A stretch of DNA of 64,000 nt from a bacterium (GCA_963692865.2 OY843592.1:1952001-2016000), one strand, 5' to 3'. Numbered from the stretch's first letter, positions 31,691 to 42,739 are shown. The notes: generated from the letters alone by a model not told the origin. Numbers and translations: made by a program.

Positions 31691-32404
31691 ATGTATGAGA
31701 TCATCGATCTGAGCCAGGAGATCTACACCGGCGCGCCCAGGTTTCCCGGGCATCCGGCCACCGAAATAGAGTACGTCGCCCGGCACGAGGACGCGGCCAA
31801 TGCGCCGATCAAACCCAAGGACATCACGTATGCGGCCATGATGCTCCACATGTGCGATCACGGGCCGACGCATACCGATTCGGTCAGCCACATCGACGAG
31901 CGCGAAACGGCGCCCAATATCGATCAGGCGCCGCTGGAGTGGTTCATCACCCGGGCGATTGCGCTCGATTTCACGGGCAAGGTGGAGCCGATGGAGGAGA
32001 TATCCCTGCAACTGCTCCAGGATGAGCTTTCGGCGGCGGAACTCACGCCTCCCAAAGACGGCACGTTTCTCTTCACGGGCGGGCATTTCAAGCGCACCTA
32101 TCCGACGGATGAGTATCTCAACACGTATCCGGGACTGGGCTATGACGCCGCGAACTTCCTCTACCGCGAATGCGGCGTGGTGAACATCGGCCAGGATGCG
32201 CCCAGCATCGACGCCGGCGTGAACACCATCGAACTGACGTTTCCCTGCCACGTGCTGTGCCGGGAGCTTCAGCGCCACAACACGGAAAATCTCGCGAACA
32301 TCGAAGCGGTGGCGGGAAAGGAATTCCTCTACGTGGGACTGCCGCTCAAGATTCGCGATGGCACGGGCTCTCCCATACGCGCCGTCGCCGTCATGAATCT
32401 TTGA
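31691..32404 (+). CDS. Cyclase/kynurenine formamidase-like metal hydrolase
   Basis: IIDLSQ, HGPTHTDSVSH (variant HxxTHxDxxxH), ENLAN, PLKIRDGTGSPIRAVA. Confidence 0.92.
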   Translation: MYEIIDLSQEIYTGAPRFPGHPATEIEYVARHEDAANAPIKPKDITYAAMMLHMCDHGPTHTDSVSHIDERETAPNIDQAPLEWFITRAIALDFTGKVEPMEEISLQLLQDELSAAELTPPKDGTFLFTGGHFKRTYPTDEYLNTYPGLGYDAANFLYRECGVVNIGQDAPSIDAGVNTIELTFPCHVLCRELQRHNTENLANIEAVAGKEFLYVGLPLKIRDGTGSPIRAVAVMNL

Positions 32405-32528
32405 GCAAGCGCGGGTATCCTCGCCTGCATCAAGAGTGAGTTGAAGGCGAGCGGCCTCCGGAATCGCTTTGCCGTCGCCGCGTTTCTTTGAACTGGAAGG
32501 TTTCTCGTTTCGTGAGGAGATTTGGGAC

Positions 32529-32879
32529 ATGTCGAAGACAGTGGATTGGTACTACCATCGCTCCGGCTGAAAGACCTGCGCCAAGACGCAAGCGTTTCTT
32601 GCGGAAAATGGTATCGAGGTTTCCGAGCAGGCCAACTCGAAAAAAGACGTGGTGGATGAGGGCAACGTCGATTCCGTACTGACCGGAGTGTCGGACGTGT
32701 ATTCGACCAAGAGCAGAAAAGTGATTCACCTGAACATCAAGAAAGAAAATCCTGCGCGCGAAGACGTGCTGGCCCTGTTGATGGGCCGCTCGGGCACGCT
32801 CAGGGCGCCGGTCGTCAAACGCGGGAAAGCCCTCATCGTCGGCTTCGATGAGGAAACCTACGCAAAGGTATTGAAATAA
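32529..32879 (+). CDS. ArsC/Spx-like thioredoxin-fold selenoprotein (UxxC)
   Basis: GAGGAG RBS, ATG 32529, MSKTVDWYYHRSG-TGA(32568-32570)-KTC, in frame with ORF 32649-32879 (GTLRAPVV..GK..IVGFDE). Confidence 0.85.
32587..32603 (+). promoter_or_regulatory. Candidate SECIS hairpin of the ArsC-like gene
   Basis: CGCAAG-CGTTT-CTTGCG; loop begins 22 nt after UGA, with G second in the loop followed by U. Confidence 0.6.
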
Positions 32880-32894
32880 GCCTTATCCGGTGGC

Positions 32895-34349
32895 TTAGAG
32901 GGCCAACTGGCCCTGGGTGGGTTCCGCTCAGCAGAACCACGATTCGGTGAGGCGGGGCGGGCGGATTCGGTCGGGCGCGAAGAAAGCCTTTGGATGCGCC
33001 TGCTCGGGGCGTTCGAGAACGTCGGCCGCCAATTCGCGAATCCTCGCAAAGGTCACGGCGGCGTCCTCCTGGCGCGCCGCCGCATCTTCTGCCAGCAGAA
33101 GCGCCTCCTCGTGCAGTTTGTCCATTCTCCCGTCCGGGTGTTCCCAGCGGTAGATGAAATTCTCGGGGTCGAGTTCGGTGACGTATCTCTCCATGTGGGG
33201 GGAGCGGAGCAGGTGGGAGCCCGGCGGAACGAGCAGGCGGATGGCCATCTGAATGGGGTCGACCTCGTCGATCAGGGCGTACTCTTCGATGAAATCCAGC
33301 AGATCGAAATAATCCTGCGCGCTCGTCCAGGGCGTGAATGCGACCAGAGACGGCCTGATGGAGACGCGCGCCTCTCTGGCGGCTTTCACGGCGCGAAAGA
33401 CGTCTTCCTTGTCGTGTCCCTTAACCAGATGACGAAGTACGGCGTCGCTCAGGGATTCGACCGCCGTTACGAAAAACGCGCATCCGTTTTCTCTGAACTC
33501 GGGCAAAAGCTCCTCGTGCTTGAGGAGGTGCTCCACCTTGGCCGTGAAGTCGAAGGTGAGAGCCGGAAACCGCTCGTGCATGGCGCGGGCGAGGCGCAGC
33601 GCGTGAGCGGGGCCGTTCAGGAAATCCGGGTCCGCGAAGGTGATGTGGCGCGCCCCTTGGGCCGCCAAATCTTCGATGTCCTCCAGAACCTTATCTTTCG
33701 GCACGATGAAGAAACGCCCGTCGTAGACCGGCGGAATGGGGCAATGGAGGCACAAATGCTTGCAGCCCCGGCTCGCCTCGACGGCTCCGGCGGGGTAGCG
33801 CTCCCCATCCTTCTCGAGATGGGCGTATGCCTGAAGCGCGGGCAACCCCTCTCGCTCGGGCTTTAGCAGGGGGAATTTTTCGAGATACGGGCCGGATGCG
33901 CGCTCTCTCGTGGCCGCACCCGGAGCGTCGATGTTATCAGAGGCTTGGGACAGCCCTTGAACGAGCTTCACGAGCGGCAGCTCGAACTCGCCGCCGATCG
34001 CCGAATCCCCCCCGTTTTCAAGTAGATAGTCCTTGTTGAGCAGGCCGTAGAGGCCATAGAAGCAGATATGGCACCCCGGGTTCGTCTCGCGTACTTTCGC
34101 GGCCACCTCCACGCCGAGCCTGAGCGCGGTGTGCATCGGCACGCTGATGCCGACGAATTTCGCCTTTTCGATTTTTTCCGGCGAGAAATCCTCCGCCGCA
34201 ACGTCCATCGCCCAGGGCCGGAAGCCCGCCTCGCGCAGAAAAGCCAGCGGCGAGGCGACGCCCAGAGGCTGGTGACCCAGCTCATAACAGGAGATGAGGA
34301 CGACGGCGCCGGGCGCTCGCCAATCAGATATCGTATCGGTTCGGTTCAC
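32895..34349 (-). CDS. CUAEP-tail radical SAM selenoprotein with B12-binding-like N-terminal domain
   Basis: SRGCKHLCLHC CxxxCxxC; TGA at 32928-32930 gives WFC-U-AEPTQGQLAL, ending at TAA 32895-32897. Confidence 0.88.
32899..32914 (-). promoter_or_regulatory. Candidate SECIS hairpin of the radical SAM gene
   Basis: mRNA AGGGCC-AGUU-GGCCCU; loop begins 19 nt after UGA, with G second followed by U. Confidence 0.65.
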
Positions 34350-34371
34350 GGCGAAATCTCTCGCGCGTCAT

Positions 34372-34405
34372 AAAAAAAGCCCCGGGCGCGTGGTGCCCGG
34401 GGCTT
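34372..34405 (-). terminator. Intrinsic terminator after the A-type carrier gene
   Basis: GCCCCGGGCGC/GTGCCCGGGGC stem with a 7-T tail on the minus strand. Confidence 0.8.
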
Positions 34406-34421
34406 GTAAGGCATTGTTTTA

Positions 34422-34805
34422 TCACGTAGTGAACGATTTGCCGCAGCCGCACATGCTCATGGCGTTGGGGTTGTTGACCTTGAAGCCCGAGCCCTGGAGG
34501 CTGTCGACAAAGTCGATTTCCGTGCCTGCGATGACGGGGTAGCTCTGGGGGTCCACGAATACGTCGAACCCGTCTGCGGAGAACACCTTATCGTCGGGGT
34601 TGGCGGATTCCTCGAAATACAGGCCGTAGTTGTAACCCGAGCACCCGCCCGCGGTGACGGCCAGACGCAGCCCGTGGCCGCTCTTGCCTTCCGCCTCGAG
34701 AATCTCCGCCACCTTCTGGTTGGCGATCGGCGTAACCGTAATGCCTTCAAGGGCTTGGGGTTTCTTTTGGGATTGATCGAACAACGTGACCGTTCCATCC
34801 GACAT
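34422..34805 (-). CDS. A-type Fe-S carrier (IscA/ErpA/HesB family)
   Basis: GGCSGYNY, IDFVDSLQGSGF..NNPNA, CGCGKSF. Confidence 0.96.
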   Translation of the reverse strand: MSDGTVTLFDQSQKKPQALEGITVTPIANQKVAEILEAEGKSGHGLRLAVTAGGCSGYNYGLYFEESANPDDKVFSADGFDVFVDPQSYPVIAGTEIDFVDSLQGSGFKVNNPNAMSMCGCGKSFTT

Positions 34806-35028
34806 CGGTTGTTTCTCCTTGACCTTGATGAGGGCTGTTGATTTCTACCGACTTAGCGTAATGACCACATCTCAAATATACCTCATTTCGCCTTTTTTGC
34901 AAAGGCCGATCCCCATATATCCTTGAAATTCCGGCATATTCAAGGACGAAGCCGGTTTTGTCCTCCCAGGCGGGTGAGGAATCAATGCGAAGTCATCTTG
35001 GAATTCTTATTTTATTCCTTAATAAAAC

Positions 35029-35057
35029 TTGACATTATATGACTAAGATATTATATT
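35029..35057 (+). promoter_or_regulatory. Sigma70 promoter of clpB
   Basis: TTGACA-17-TATATT with AT-rich upstream DNA. Confidence 0.7.
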
Positions 35058-35203
35058 TTCCTTGCGTCAGAAGCCTTGGCCGCCGCCGGTATACGGTATT
35101 GACGGGTTTTCAGGCGCTGAGAAATTTATCGAAAAACGGTGGAAATTTATCTGATTTTATCCAATTTTTCAGAAATTTTCACAAGAATTCGGAGCATGTT
35201 CTC

Positions 35204-37834
35204 ATGAATTTCGAGCAATTCACCCACAAGACGCAAGAGGCGCTCCAGCATGCCCAGGAGTCGGCCCGGACGCGGGGCCACCAGGGCGTCGCGCCCGCGC
35301 ACGTTCTCCTGTCGCTTCTGGATCAGCCCGAAGGCGTGCTCGCGCCGCTGGTCGAGAAGGCGGGGCTCAAAGTCCACGTCCTGAGCCGCGAACTCGAAGC
35401 CTCCCTGGAGAAGCTCCCGAAAATCACCGGAGGCGGCGCGCCCCAGTTTGTCACTCAGGAGTTGGCGGCGCTCTTTCAGGCGGCGGGGCGCGAGGCGAAG
35501 GCCATGGCGGATGAATACGTGAGCGGCGAGCATATTCTTCTGGCCGCGCTGGAAAGCGGCGGCGCGGATGTCGTGAAAATCCTGCGCGCGGCCGGTCTCG
35601 ACCGCGAGGCCGCCCTCGCGGCCTTGAAGGAGGTTCGCGGGAGCCAGAGGGTCTCCGATCAGAACGCGGAGAGCCGCTACCAGGCGCTCGAGCGTTTCGC
35701 GATCGATCTCACCGCGCAGGCCGGCGCCGGCAAGCTCGACCCCGTCGTGGGCCGCGAGGAGGAGATCAGGCGCGTCATGCAGGTGCTCTCCCGTCGCACG
35801 AAGAACAACCCGGTGCTCATCGGCGACCCCGGCGTGGGCAAGACGGCCATCGTCGAGGGCCTCGCCCGGCGGGTCGTGGAAGGCGACGTGCCCGAGGGCC
35901 TGAAACGCAAGCGCCTGCTCAGTCTCGACATCGGCTCGCTCATCGCGGGTTCCAAGTTCCGGGGCGAGTTCGAGGACAGGCTCAAGGCCGTGCTCAAGGA
36001 AGTGAGCGAATCGGACGGCGAAATCGTCTTGTTCATCGACGAGCTTCACACCGTCGTGGGCGCGGGAGCGGCGGAAGGGGCGGTGGACGCCTCGAACCTC
36101 CTGAAGCCCGCGCTCGCCCGTGGCGAACTCCACTGCGTGGGCGCCACCACGCTCGATGAATACCGGAAACACATCGAGAAGGACGCGGCGCTGGAGCGGC
36201 GCTTTCAGCCCGTGATGGTGGACGAGCCGGGCGCCGAGGACGCCGTATCCATCCTGCGCGGCTTGAAGGAGAAATACGAGATTCACCACGGCGTCCGCAT
36301 CCTGGACAACGCCCTGGTCGCCGCCGTCGCGCTCTCGCATCGCTACATCAGCGACCGCCATCTGCCGGACAAGGCCATCGACCTGATAGACGAGGCCGCG
36401 AGCGGCCTGCGCCTGGAACTGGACAGCCTTCCCCGGGAGATCGACCGGCAAGAGCGCGACCTTCTCAGGCTTCGAATCGAGGAGCGCGCCCTGGAGGGCG
36501 AACAGGACGAGGGAGGACGGGAGCGGCTGGCGCGGATACGCGAGCGAATCTCCTCTCTCGACGAGCAGAGCAAGGCGCAGCGGAACCGGTGGGCGGATGA
36601 GAAAAGCGCCATCTCCCGGGTGCGCGAACTCAAGGAGCGCGTCGAGGATTTGAAGGCGCAAGCCCAGCGCGCCGAGCGCGAGGGGGATTTGAGCCGGGCG
36701 GCGGAGCTTCGCTACGGCGAGATTATCGCGGCCGAGAAGGAAATGGCCGATTCGGAAGAAGAGCTCGAAAACAGAACCAACGGCCGCATGCTGAAAGAAG
36801 AGATTACCGAGGACGACGTGGCCGCCGTCGTGAGCCGCTGGACGGGCATCAACGTGAGCAGGCTCCTCGAGACGGAGCGTGAGAAGCTCCTGCGCATGGA
36901 GGAGAACATCCACAAGCGCGTCGTGGGCCAGGATAGGGCGGTGGAGGCCCTCGCAGAAGCCGTGCGCCGCGCCCGGGCGGGCATCATGGACGAGAACAGG
37001 CCCGTCGGTTCGTTCATCTTCCTGGGCCCCACCGGCGTGGGCAAGACCGAACTCGCCCGCGCGCTCGCCGAATTCCTCTTCGACGACGAGGCGGCGATGG
37101 TCCGCGTGGACATGAGCGAATACATGGAAAAACACGCCGTGGCCAGGCTCATCGGCGCTCCGCCGGGCTACGTCGGCTATGAAGAAGGCGGACAACTCAC
37201 CGAGGCCGTCCGGCGGAAGCCCTACTCGGTCGTGCTGCTGGATGAGATCGAAAAGGCGCACGCAGAGACCTTCAACCTGCTCCTGCAACTGCTCGACGAC
37301 GGGAGGCTCACGGACGGGCACGGCCGCACGGTCGATTTCCGAAACGCCGTCATCATCATGACGAGCAACGTGGGCACGGACGATCTTTCGAGAAACGAAA
37401 TCGGCTTCGTCGGAGGCGGGATACAGGAGGTCGACCAGTCCGAAGGGTTGCTCGCGTCGCTTCGCCGGGTGTTCCGGCCCGAGTTCCTGAACCGGGTGGA
37501 TGAGATCATCGTCTTCCGCCCGCTCACCAAGGAGCAGATCGGCGAGATCGTGGATATCCGGTTGCGCGACCTCGAAAGACGCCTGGAAGCGCAGAAGATC
37601 AGGCTGCGTCTCACGGACGCGGCAAAGAGCTTTCTGGCCGAGCGCGGCTACGACCCCGTCTACGGGGCGCGGCCGCTCAAGCGGGCGATTCAGACGTATG
37701 TCATGAACCCGCTCAGCAAGAAACTCCTCGCCGGGGAATTCGAGGCGGGAGAAACCGTGGAGGCCGACCACCCGGAGGGAGCGGATGCGCTCACTCTCGC
37801 CGTTCTCATGGAGGCCGAGGCGGTCAATACTTGA
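35204..37834 (+). CDS. clpB: ATP-dependent disaggregase ClpB
   Basis: GDPGVGKT and GPTGVGKT Walker A motifs, long coiled-coil M domain, [18 protein letters not shown]; ATG 35204. Confidence 0.98.
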   Translation: MNFEQFTHKTQEALQHAQESARTRGHQGVAPAHVLLSLLDQPEGVLAPLVEKAGLKVHVLSRELEASLEKLPKITGGGAPQFVTQELAALFQAAGREAKAMADEYVSGEHILLAALESGGADVVKILRAAGLDREAALAALKEVRGSQRVSDQNAESRYQALERFAIDLTAQAGAGKLDPVVGREEEIRRVMQVLSRRTKNNPVLIGDPGVGKTAIVEGLARRVVEGDVPEGLKRKRLLSLDIGSLIAGSKFRGEFEDRLKAVLKEVSESDGEIVLFIDELHTVVGAGAAEGAVDASNLLKPALARGELHCVGATTLDEYRKHIEKDAALERRFQPVMVDEPGAEDAVSILRGLKEKYEIHHGVRILDNALVAAVALSHRYISDRHLPDKAIDLIDEAASGLRLELDSLPREIDRQERDLLRLRIEERALEGEQDEGGRERLARIRERISSLDEQSKAQRNRWADEKSAISRVRELKERVEDLKAQAQRAEREGDLSRAAELRYGEIIAAEKEMADSEEELENRTNGRMLKEEITEDDVAAVVSRWTGINVSRLLETEREKLLRMEENIHKRVVGQDRAVEALAEAVRRARAGIMDENRPVGSFIFLGPTGVGKTELARALAEFLFDDEAAMVRVDMSEYMEKHAVARLIGAPPGYVGYEEGGQLTEAVRRKPYSVVLLDEIEKAHAETFNLLLQLLDDGRLTDGHGRTVDFRNAVIIMTSNVGTDDLSRNEIGFVGGGIQEVDQSEGLLASLRRVFRPEFLNRVDEIIVFRPLTKEQIGEIVDIRLRDLERRLEAQKIRLRLTDAAKSFLAERGYDPVYGARPLKRAIQTYVMNPLSKKLLAGEFEAGETVEADHPEGADALTLAVLMEAEAVNT

Positions 37835-37848
37835 GTGCCGCAGGATGC

Positions 37849-38350
37849 GGGGTTGTAGAAAAACCCGCGGAAAGAGGGTTCGGTTTTGTAGGGTCAGGCA
37901 TATGTGTCTGACATACGGGGTTGTTGAAAAAGTCCGAACAGGCCCCTGTAAATAAGGAGTTTGTAGGGACAGGCCCCTGTGCCTGTCCTTGGGGAGCGCG
38001 ATCACGGAGATGGATATATCCGATACGGGCGGCCACGGGGGGCCGCCCCTACGCGAGACGTGATGGTTCTGTAGGGACAGGTCGCGACCTGTCCCTACGG
38101 TCGCCATGCGAGGGATGTGTAGGGGCCGCCGGTCGGGATTGACCCACCGCGCGGCATCGGGTTTCGCAAAACGCTTTGACGCCCTCATCCCGGGCAAGCG
38201 TCCCAAACCCTCACCCTGAGTAGCCGCCGAAGGCGGCGTATCGAAGGGCGAAGGGAGTCGAACGCTTCGCGCCGGGGCGAGAAGGCATCCTTCGATACGC
38301 GGCTTCGCCGCTACTCAGGATGAGGCGGAGCGGCCTCAATGGGGGAGTGA
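37849..38350. repeat. Repeat mosaic between clpB and dnaK
   Basis: TIR-like ends at 37849 and 37917; GTAG palindromes at 37888, about 37963 and 38071; inverted pair CCCTCACCCTGAGTAG...CGAAGG at 38208-38248 / 38289-38325. Confidence 0.88.
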
Positions 38351-38527
38351 AAAAAACCAGGTATGAGGGAATAGTTTTGGAGAAGGAATGATGAATTGAC
38401 CGGCAAGGAGAAGTCGTCAACTCAAGTATGTAATTCCCGAAAAATTTTGGTTTTATTATCGACGGACAAACCGGATTTTCCAGGAGTGATAAATTCAAGT
38501 TTGGAGATAAGATAAGGAGAAAGATTG

Positions 38528-40444
38528 ATGTCGAAGGTAATCGGAATCGATTTGGGCACCACCAACTCGGTCGTCTCCGTCATGGAGGGTGGTCAGCCTA
38601 CGGTCATCGCCAACCAGGAGGGCAACCGCACGACGCCCAGCGTCGTGGCGTTCACGGACGACGGCGAGAAGCTCGTCGGCCTCGTGGCGAAGCGCCAGGC
38701 GGTGACCAACCCGACCAAGACCATCTATTCCGCAAAACGCTTCATGGGCCGGCGATTCGCCGAGGTGCCCGAGGAAGTCACCATCGTGCCGTATGAGGTC
38801 GTGAAGGCGGACAGCGGCGACGCGCGCATCAAGATCGACGGCAAGGAGCACGCCCCTCCCGAGATATCGGCCAGCGTGCTGCAAAAGCTCAAGCAGGCCG
38901 CGGAGGACTACCTGGGCGAGCAGGTGACGGAAGCGGTCGTCACGGTGCCCGCGTATTTCAACGACAGCCAGCGGCAGGCGACGAAAGACGCCGGCAAAAT
39001 CGCAGGGCTGAACGTCCAGCGCATCATCAACGAGCCCACGGCCGCCGCACTCGCCTACGGACTCGACAAGAAGGCGGATCAGACCATCGCCGTGTACGAC
39101 TTCGGCGGCGGCACGTTCGACATCTCCATCCTCGAGGTGGGGGACAACGTGGTCGAGGTGAAGGCCACGAACGGCGACACGCACCTGGGCGGCGACAACA
39201 TCGACCACCGGATCATCGAGTGGATGGCCGAGGAGTTCAAGAAGGATCAGGGAATCGACATCTCCGGCGACCCCATGGCGCTCCAGCGCCTGCGCGAGGA
39301 ATCCGAAAAAGCGAAGATCGAGCTTTCGAGCTCGATGGAAACGACCATCAACCTGCCCTTCATCACGGCGGACGCCTCGGGCCCCAAGCACCTGAACCTG
39401 AAGCTCACGCGCGCGAAGCTCGAGCAACTGACCGGCGACCTGGTGGAGAAGACGCTGGCGCCCTGCCGCCGCGCGCTGGATGACGCCAAGGTCCAGCCCG
39501 GCGACATCGACGAGGTGGTGCTGGTGGGCGGTTCGACGCGGATGCCGCTGGTGCAGGAGACGGTGGAGAAATTTTTCGGAAAAGAGCCCCACAAGGGCGT
39601 GAATCCCGACGAGGTCGTGGCGGTCGGCGCGGGCGTGCAGGGCGGCGTGCTCGCCGGAGACGTGAAGGACGTTCTGCTGCTCGACGTCACCCCCCTCTCT
39701 TTGGGCATCGAAACCCTGGGCGGCGTTTCCACCAGGCTCATCGAGCGCAACACGACGATTCCGGTCAAGAAGAGCGAGACCTTCTCGACTGCGGCGGACA
39801 ACCAGCCCTCCGTCGAGGTGCACGTGCTTCAAGGCGAGCGCGAGATGGCCTCGGGCAACCGATCGCTGGGCAAGTTCCACCTGGTCGGTATCCCCGCCGC
39901 GCCCCGGGGCGTTCCCCAGATCGAGGTGACGTTCGACATCGACGCCAACGGCATCGTGAACGTCTCCGCCAAGGACCTGGGCACCAGCAAGGAGCAGGCG
40001 ATCACCATCACGAGTTCGAGCGGCCTCTCCGAGGAGGAGATCAACAACATGGTCGCCGACGCGGACGAGCACGCGGAAGAGGACAAGAAACGCCGCGAGG
40101 CCGTCGAGGCGAGAAACACGGCCGACAGCATGGCCTACGGCACGGAGAAGATGCTCAAGGAGAACGAGGAGAAGGTTTCGGCCGAGGACAAGAAAGAAAT
40201 CGAAGACGCCATCGCCGCGCTCCGGGCGGTACTGGAGAAAGAGGACGCGACGGTGGATGAGATCAAGGAGGCGCAGGAGAAACTCGAGGCGGCCTCGCAC
40301 AAGCTCGCGCAGGCGATGTACGAGCAGGCGAGTCAGGCCGAAGGCGCCGCCGACGCGCCCGAGTCAGACGGCGGGGCGAACGGCGCGGCCGCGGGCGACG
40401 TCGTGGATGCGGAGTTCGAGGAAGTGGACAAGGACAAGTCCTGA
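38528..40444 (+). CDS. dnaK: Chaperone DnaK
   Basis: [43 protein letters not shown]. Confidence 0.99.
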   Translation: MSKVIGIDLGTTNSVVSVMEGGQPTVIANQEGNRTTPSVVAFTDDGEKLVGLVAKRQAVTNPTKTIYSAKRFMGRRFAEVPEEVTIVPYEVVKADSGDARIKIDGKEHAPPEISASVLQKLKQAAEDYLGEQVTEAVVTVPAYFNDSQRQATKDAGKIAGLNVQRIINEPTAAALAYGLDKKADQTIAVYDFGGGTFDISILEVGDNVVEVKATNGDTHLGGDNIDHRIIEWMAEEFKKDQGIDISGDPMALQRLREESEKAKIELSSSMETTINLPFITADASGPKHLNLKLTRAKLEQLTGDLVEKTLAPCRRALDDAKVQPGDIDEVVLVGGSTRMPLVQETVEKFFGKEPHKGVNPDEVVAVGAGVQGGVLAGDVKDVLLLDVTPLSLGIETLGGVSTRLIERNTTIPVKKSETFSTAADNQPSVEVHVLQGEREMASGNRSLGKFHLVGIPAAPRGVPQIEVTFDIDANGIVNVSAKDLGTSKEQAITITSSSGLSEEEINNMVADADEHAEEDKKRREAVEARNTADSMAYGTEKMLKENEEKVSAEDKKEIEDAIAALRAVLEKEDATVDEIKEAQEKLEAASHKLAQAMYEQASQAEGAADAPESDGGANGAAAGDVVDAEFEEVDKDKS

Positions 40445-40468
40445 GCGTCCTGCCCGGATGAGGATGGT

Positions 40469-41422
40469 ATGGCGAAGCGTGATTATTACGAAGTGCTGGA
40501 AATCGACCGAAGCGTTTCGGACGCGGAACTGAAGCGCGCCTTCAAGAAGCTGGCGCGCAAGTATCACCCCGACGTCAACCCGGGGGATGCGAAGGCGGAA
40601 GAGCGCTTCAAGGAGATCAGCGAGGCCTACGCCGTCCTCTCGGACCCGGAGAAGCGCAGAAAATACGACGCCATGGGGCATGCCGCCTTCGGCGGGGGCA
40701 GTCCCTGGGGCGATGGCGCCCCGCCCGGCATGGAGGACATTCTGCGCGAATTCGGCCTGGGCGATATTTTCGGCGGAATTTTCGGCGGTGCGCGCGGCGG
40801 CGCGGCGCATGGCGGCTTCCGCGCGGAGCCCCAGGCCCCCCGGCGGGGCCAGGACGTGAACTACTCGATGGAGATCGGTTTCGACGATTCCCTGAAGGGG
40901 CTCAACACCACCATCACCGTGCCCAAGACCACGCAGGAGAACGGGAAAATCCAGCACACCACCGAGCGCATCCAGGTGAAGATACCGCCCGGCGTCTCGA
41001 ACGGCTCGCGCATCCGCCTTGCGGGCAAGGGAGAAGCCTCCCTGAACGGCGGGCCGCAGGGGGACCTCTTCATCGTCACGAAGGTGCGGGAGCATCCTTT
41101 CTTCGAGCGCAAGGGGGACAATCTGTACCTCGATCTTCCCGTCAGCCTCGGCGAGGCGCTGCTGGGCGCGCGCGTGGAGATAAACACTTTCGATGGGGCG
41201 ACGAAGATGACGATTCCCCCATCGACCCAGAACGGCCAGGTGTTCCGCCTTACGGGAAAGGGGGCGCCGAAGCTCAAGGCCTCCGGCAAGGGCGATTTGT
41301 TCATCAGGGTCCAGGTGCTTCTGCCGGATAAGATGGACGAGGAGAGCAAGGAGATCGTCCGCGAACTCGAACGGCGCAACCCCACGTCGCCGCGGGCGAA
41401 CATGACGGGCGTGAGCATGTAG
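40469..41422 (+). CDS. Class II J-domain protein (CbpA-like, no zinc finger)
   Basis: DYYEVL, HPD, G/F region, DnaJ C-terminal domains, no CxxCxGxG repeats. Confidence 0.93.
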   Translation: MAKRDYYEVLEIDRSVSDAELKRAFKKLARKYHPDVNPGDAKAEERFKEISEAYAVLSDPEKRRKYDAMGHAAFGGGSPWGDGAPPGMEDILREFGLGDIFGGIFGGARGGAAHGGFRAEPQAPRRGQDVNYSMEIGFDDSLKGLNTTITVPKTTQENGKIQHTTERIQVKIPPGVSNGSRIRLAGKGEASLNGGPQGDLFIVTKVREHPFFERKGDNLYLDLPVSLGEALLGARVEINTFDGATKMTIPPSTQNGQVFRLTGKGAPKLKASGKGDLFIRVQVLLPDKMDEESKEIVRELERRNPTSPRANMTGVSM

Positions 41423-41453
41423 TGATGGATACGGGCGTACGCGGGAGAGGACT

Positions 41454-41861
41454 ATGGCGCGTAGAGGCGTAAGGAACGGGCGCTACACCATAAGTGCTGT
41501 GGCCGAGATGTTCGAGATTCACCAGCAGACGCTCAGGATGTATGAGCGCGAGGGCCTCATCGAGCCGAACCGCAGCAAGGGCGGCACGCGCTATTACTCC
41601 GAAGAAGACATCGATCAGCTCGAAGTCATCATGGCGCTCACGCGGGACATGGGCGTGAACCTGGCGGGCGTGCAGGTCATCATCGAGCTTCGCGAGAAGC
41701 TCATGAGCGCGCTCGAACGTCTGGGGGAACTCGAGGAGTTGATAGAGAGCCGGGCGTTCGAGGACTTGCGCGAGCGGATGAGCAGCGCAACGCCCGAGAT
41801 GCAGGCCATGATACCTTCGGTCGCCGCCAAACTCGTGCGCGTCAGGAGGAGGCGGTTGTGA
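41454..41861 (+). CDS. hspR: HspR-like MerR-family heat-shock repressor
   Basis: [39 protein letters not shown]; inside the dnaK operon. Confidence 0.88.
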   Translation: MARRGVRNGRYTISAVAEMFEIHQQTLRMYEREGLIEPNRSKGGTRYYSEEDIDQLEVIMALTRDMGVNLAGVQVIIELREKLMSALERLGELEELIESRAFEDLRERMSSATPEMQAMIPSVAAKLVRVRRRRL

Positions 41862-42718
41862 GCACGAATTCCATCAAATCCTTTTTGCTGCTCGGTTTGT
41901 TGACGGGGCTGATTCTGCTGCTCGGCAATCTTCTCGGCGGAACGACCGGGCTGGTCATCGCCCTGGTGCTCGCGGTGGGCATAAACGGCTACAGCTATTG
42001 GTATTCGGACAAGATCGTTCTCGCCAGCACGGGCGCGAGCGAGGTGTTGCCCGAACACGCGCCGGAGCTCTACGGCATGGTGGCGGACCTGGCAAGGCGC
42101 GCGAACCTGCCCATGCCGCGCGTCTACGTGATTCCCGAGGACGCGCCGAACGCCTTCGCCACGGGCAGAAACCCCGAGAACGCCGCCGTCGCCTTCACCG
42201 AGGGGATTTTGCGCGATCTGAACCGCGAGGAACTCGAAGGCGTCGCCGCGCACGAACTCGCCCACATCAAGAACCGCGACATTCTTTTGAGCACCATCGC
42301 CGCATCCCTGGCGGGCGCCATCATGTATCTCGCGCAGATGGCGCAGTTCGCCGCGTTCTTCGGCGCCTACGGCAGGGACGACGACGAGGAGGGCGGCGGC
42401 GGAGGCCTGCTGGGCATCATCGTGGCCGCGATAGTCGCTCCCATCGCGGCCACGCTGCTCCAGATGGCGGTGAGCCGTTCGCGCGAATATCTCGCCGACG
42501 CCACGGGCGCGCAGATCGCGGGCACGCCGGTAGGCCTTGCGAACGCCCTGCATCGTCTGGACGAGGCCGCCCACCGCGAGGAGCTTCACTGCGCGAGCGA
42601 GGCGACGGCCCACATGTACATCGTCAACCCGCTCGCGGGCGGTGGTCTGGCGAATCTGTTCAGCACGCACCCGCCGATGGAGGAGCGGATTCGGCGGCTC
42701 ATGGAAATGAGATACTAG
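41858..42718 (+). CDS. htpX: Zinc metalloprotease HtpX
   Basis: [30 protein letters not shown]. Confidence 0.96.
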   Translation: MSTNSIKSFLLLGLLTGLILLLGNLLGGTTGLVIALVLAVGINGYSYWYSDKIVLASTGASEVLPEHAPELYGMVADLARRANLPMPRVYVIPEDAPNAFATGRNPENAAVAFTEGILRDLNREELEGVAAHELAHIKNRDILLSTIAASLAGAIMYLAQMAQFAAFFGAYGRDDDEEGGGGGLLGIIVAAIVAPIAATLLQMAVSRSREYLADATGAQIAGTPVGLANALHRLDEAAHREELHCASEATAHMYIVNPLAGGGLANLFSTHPPMEERIRRLMEMRY

Positions 42719-42739
42719 GATCCGGGAGGAAGTCGTTTC

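Noticed and set aside
32928-32930. TGA codons here and at 32568 as true stops or pseudogene lesions, or as genome-wide TGA recoding
   Set aside because: Both sit at Cys-type motif positions with SECIS-like hairpins, while many other genes in the window end normally at TGA.
35039-35203. N-terminal extensions in the ORF track for clpB (also rsmB, queA, the TorD-like gene and the M24 gene)
   Set aside because: They overlap promoters or neighbouring genes; family similarity starts at the downstream start codons used here.
35147-38206. 1019-aa minus-strand ORF, and similar long ORFs at 16393-18621 (+), 38495-40300 (-), 51336-53831 (+)
   Set aside because: Antisense shadows of clpB, valS, dnaK and the Mo subunit, expected in high-GC coding DNA; no motifs.
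38396-38500. HAIR operator upstream of dnaK
   Set aside because: Only an exact right half ACTCAAG (38420-38426); no matching left half at N7 spacing.
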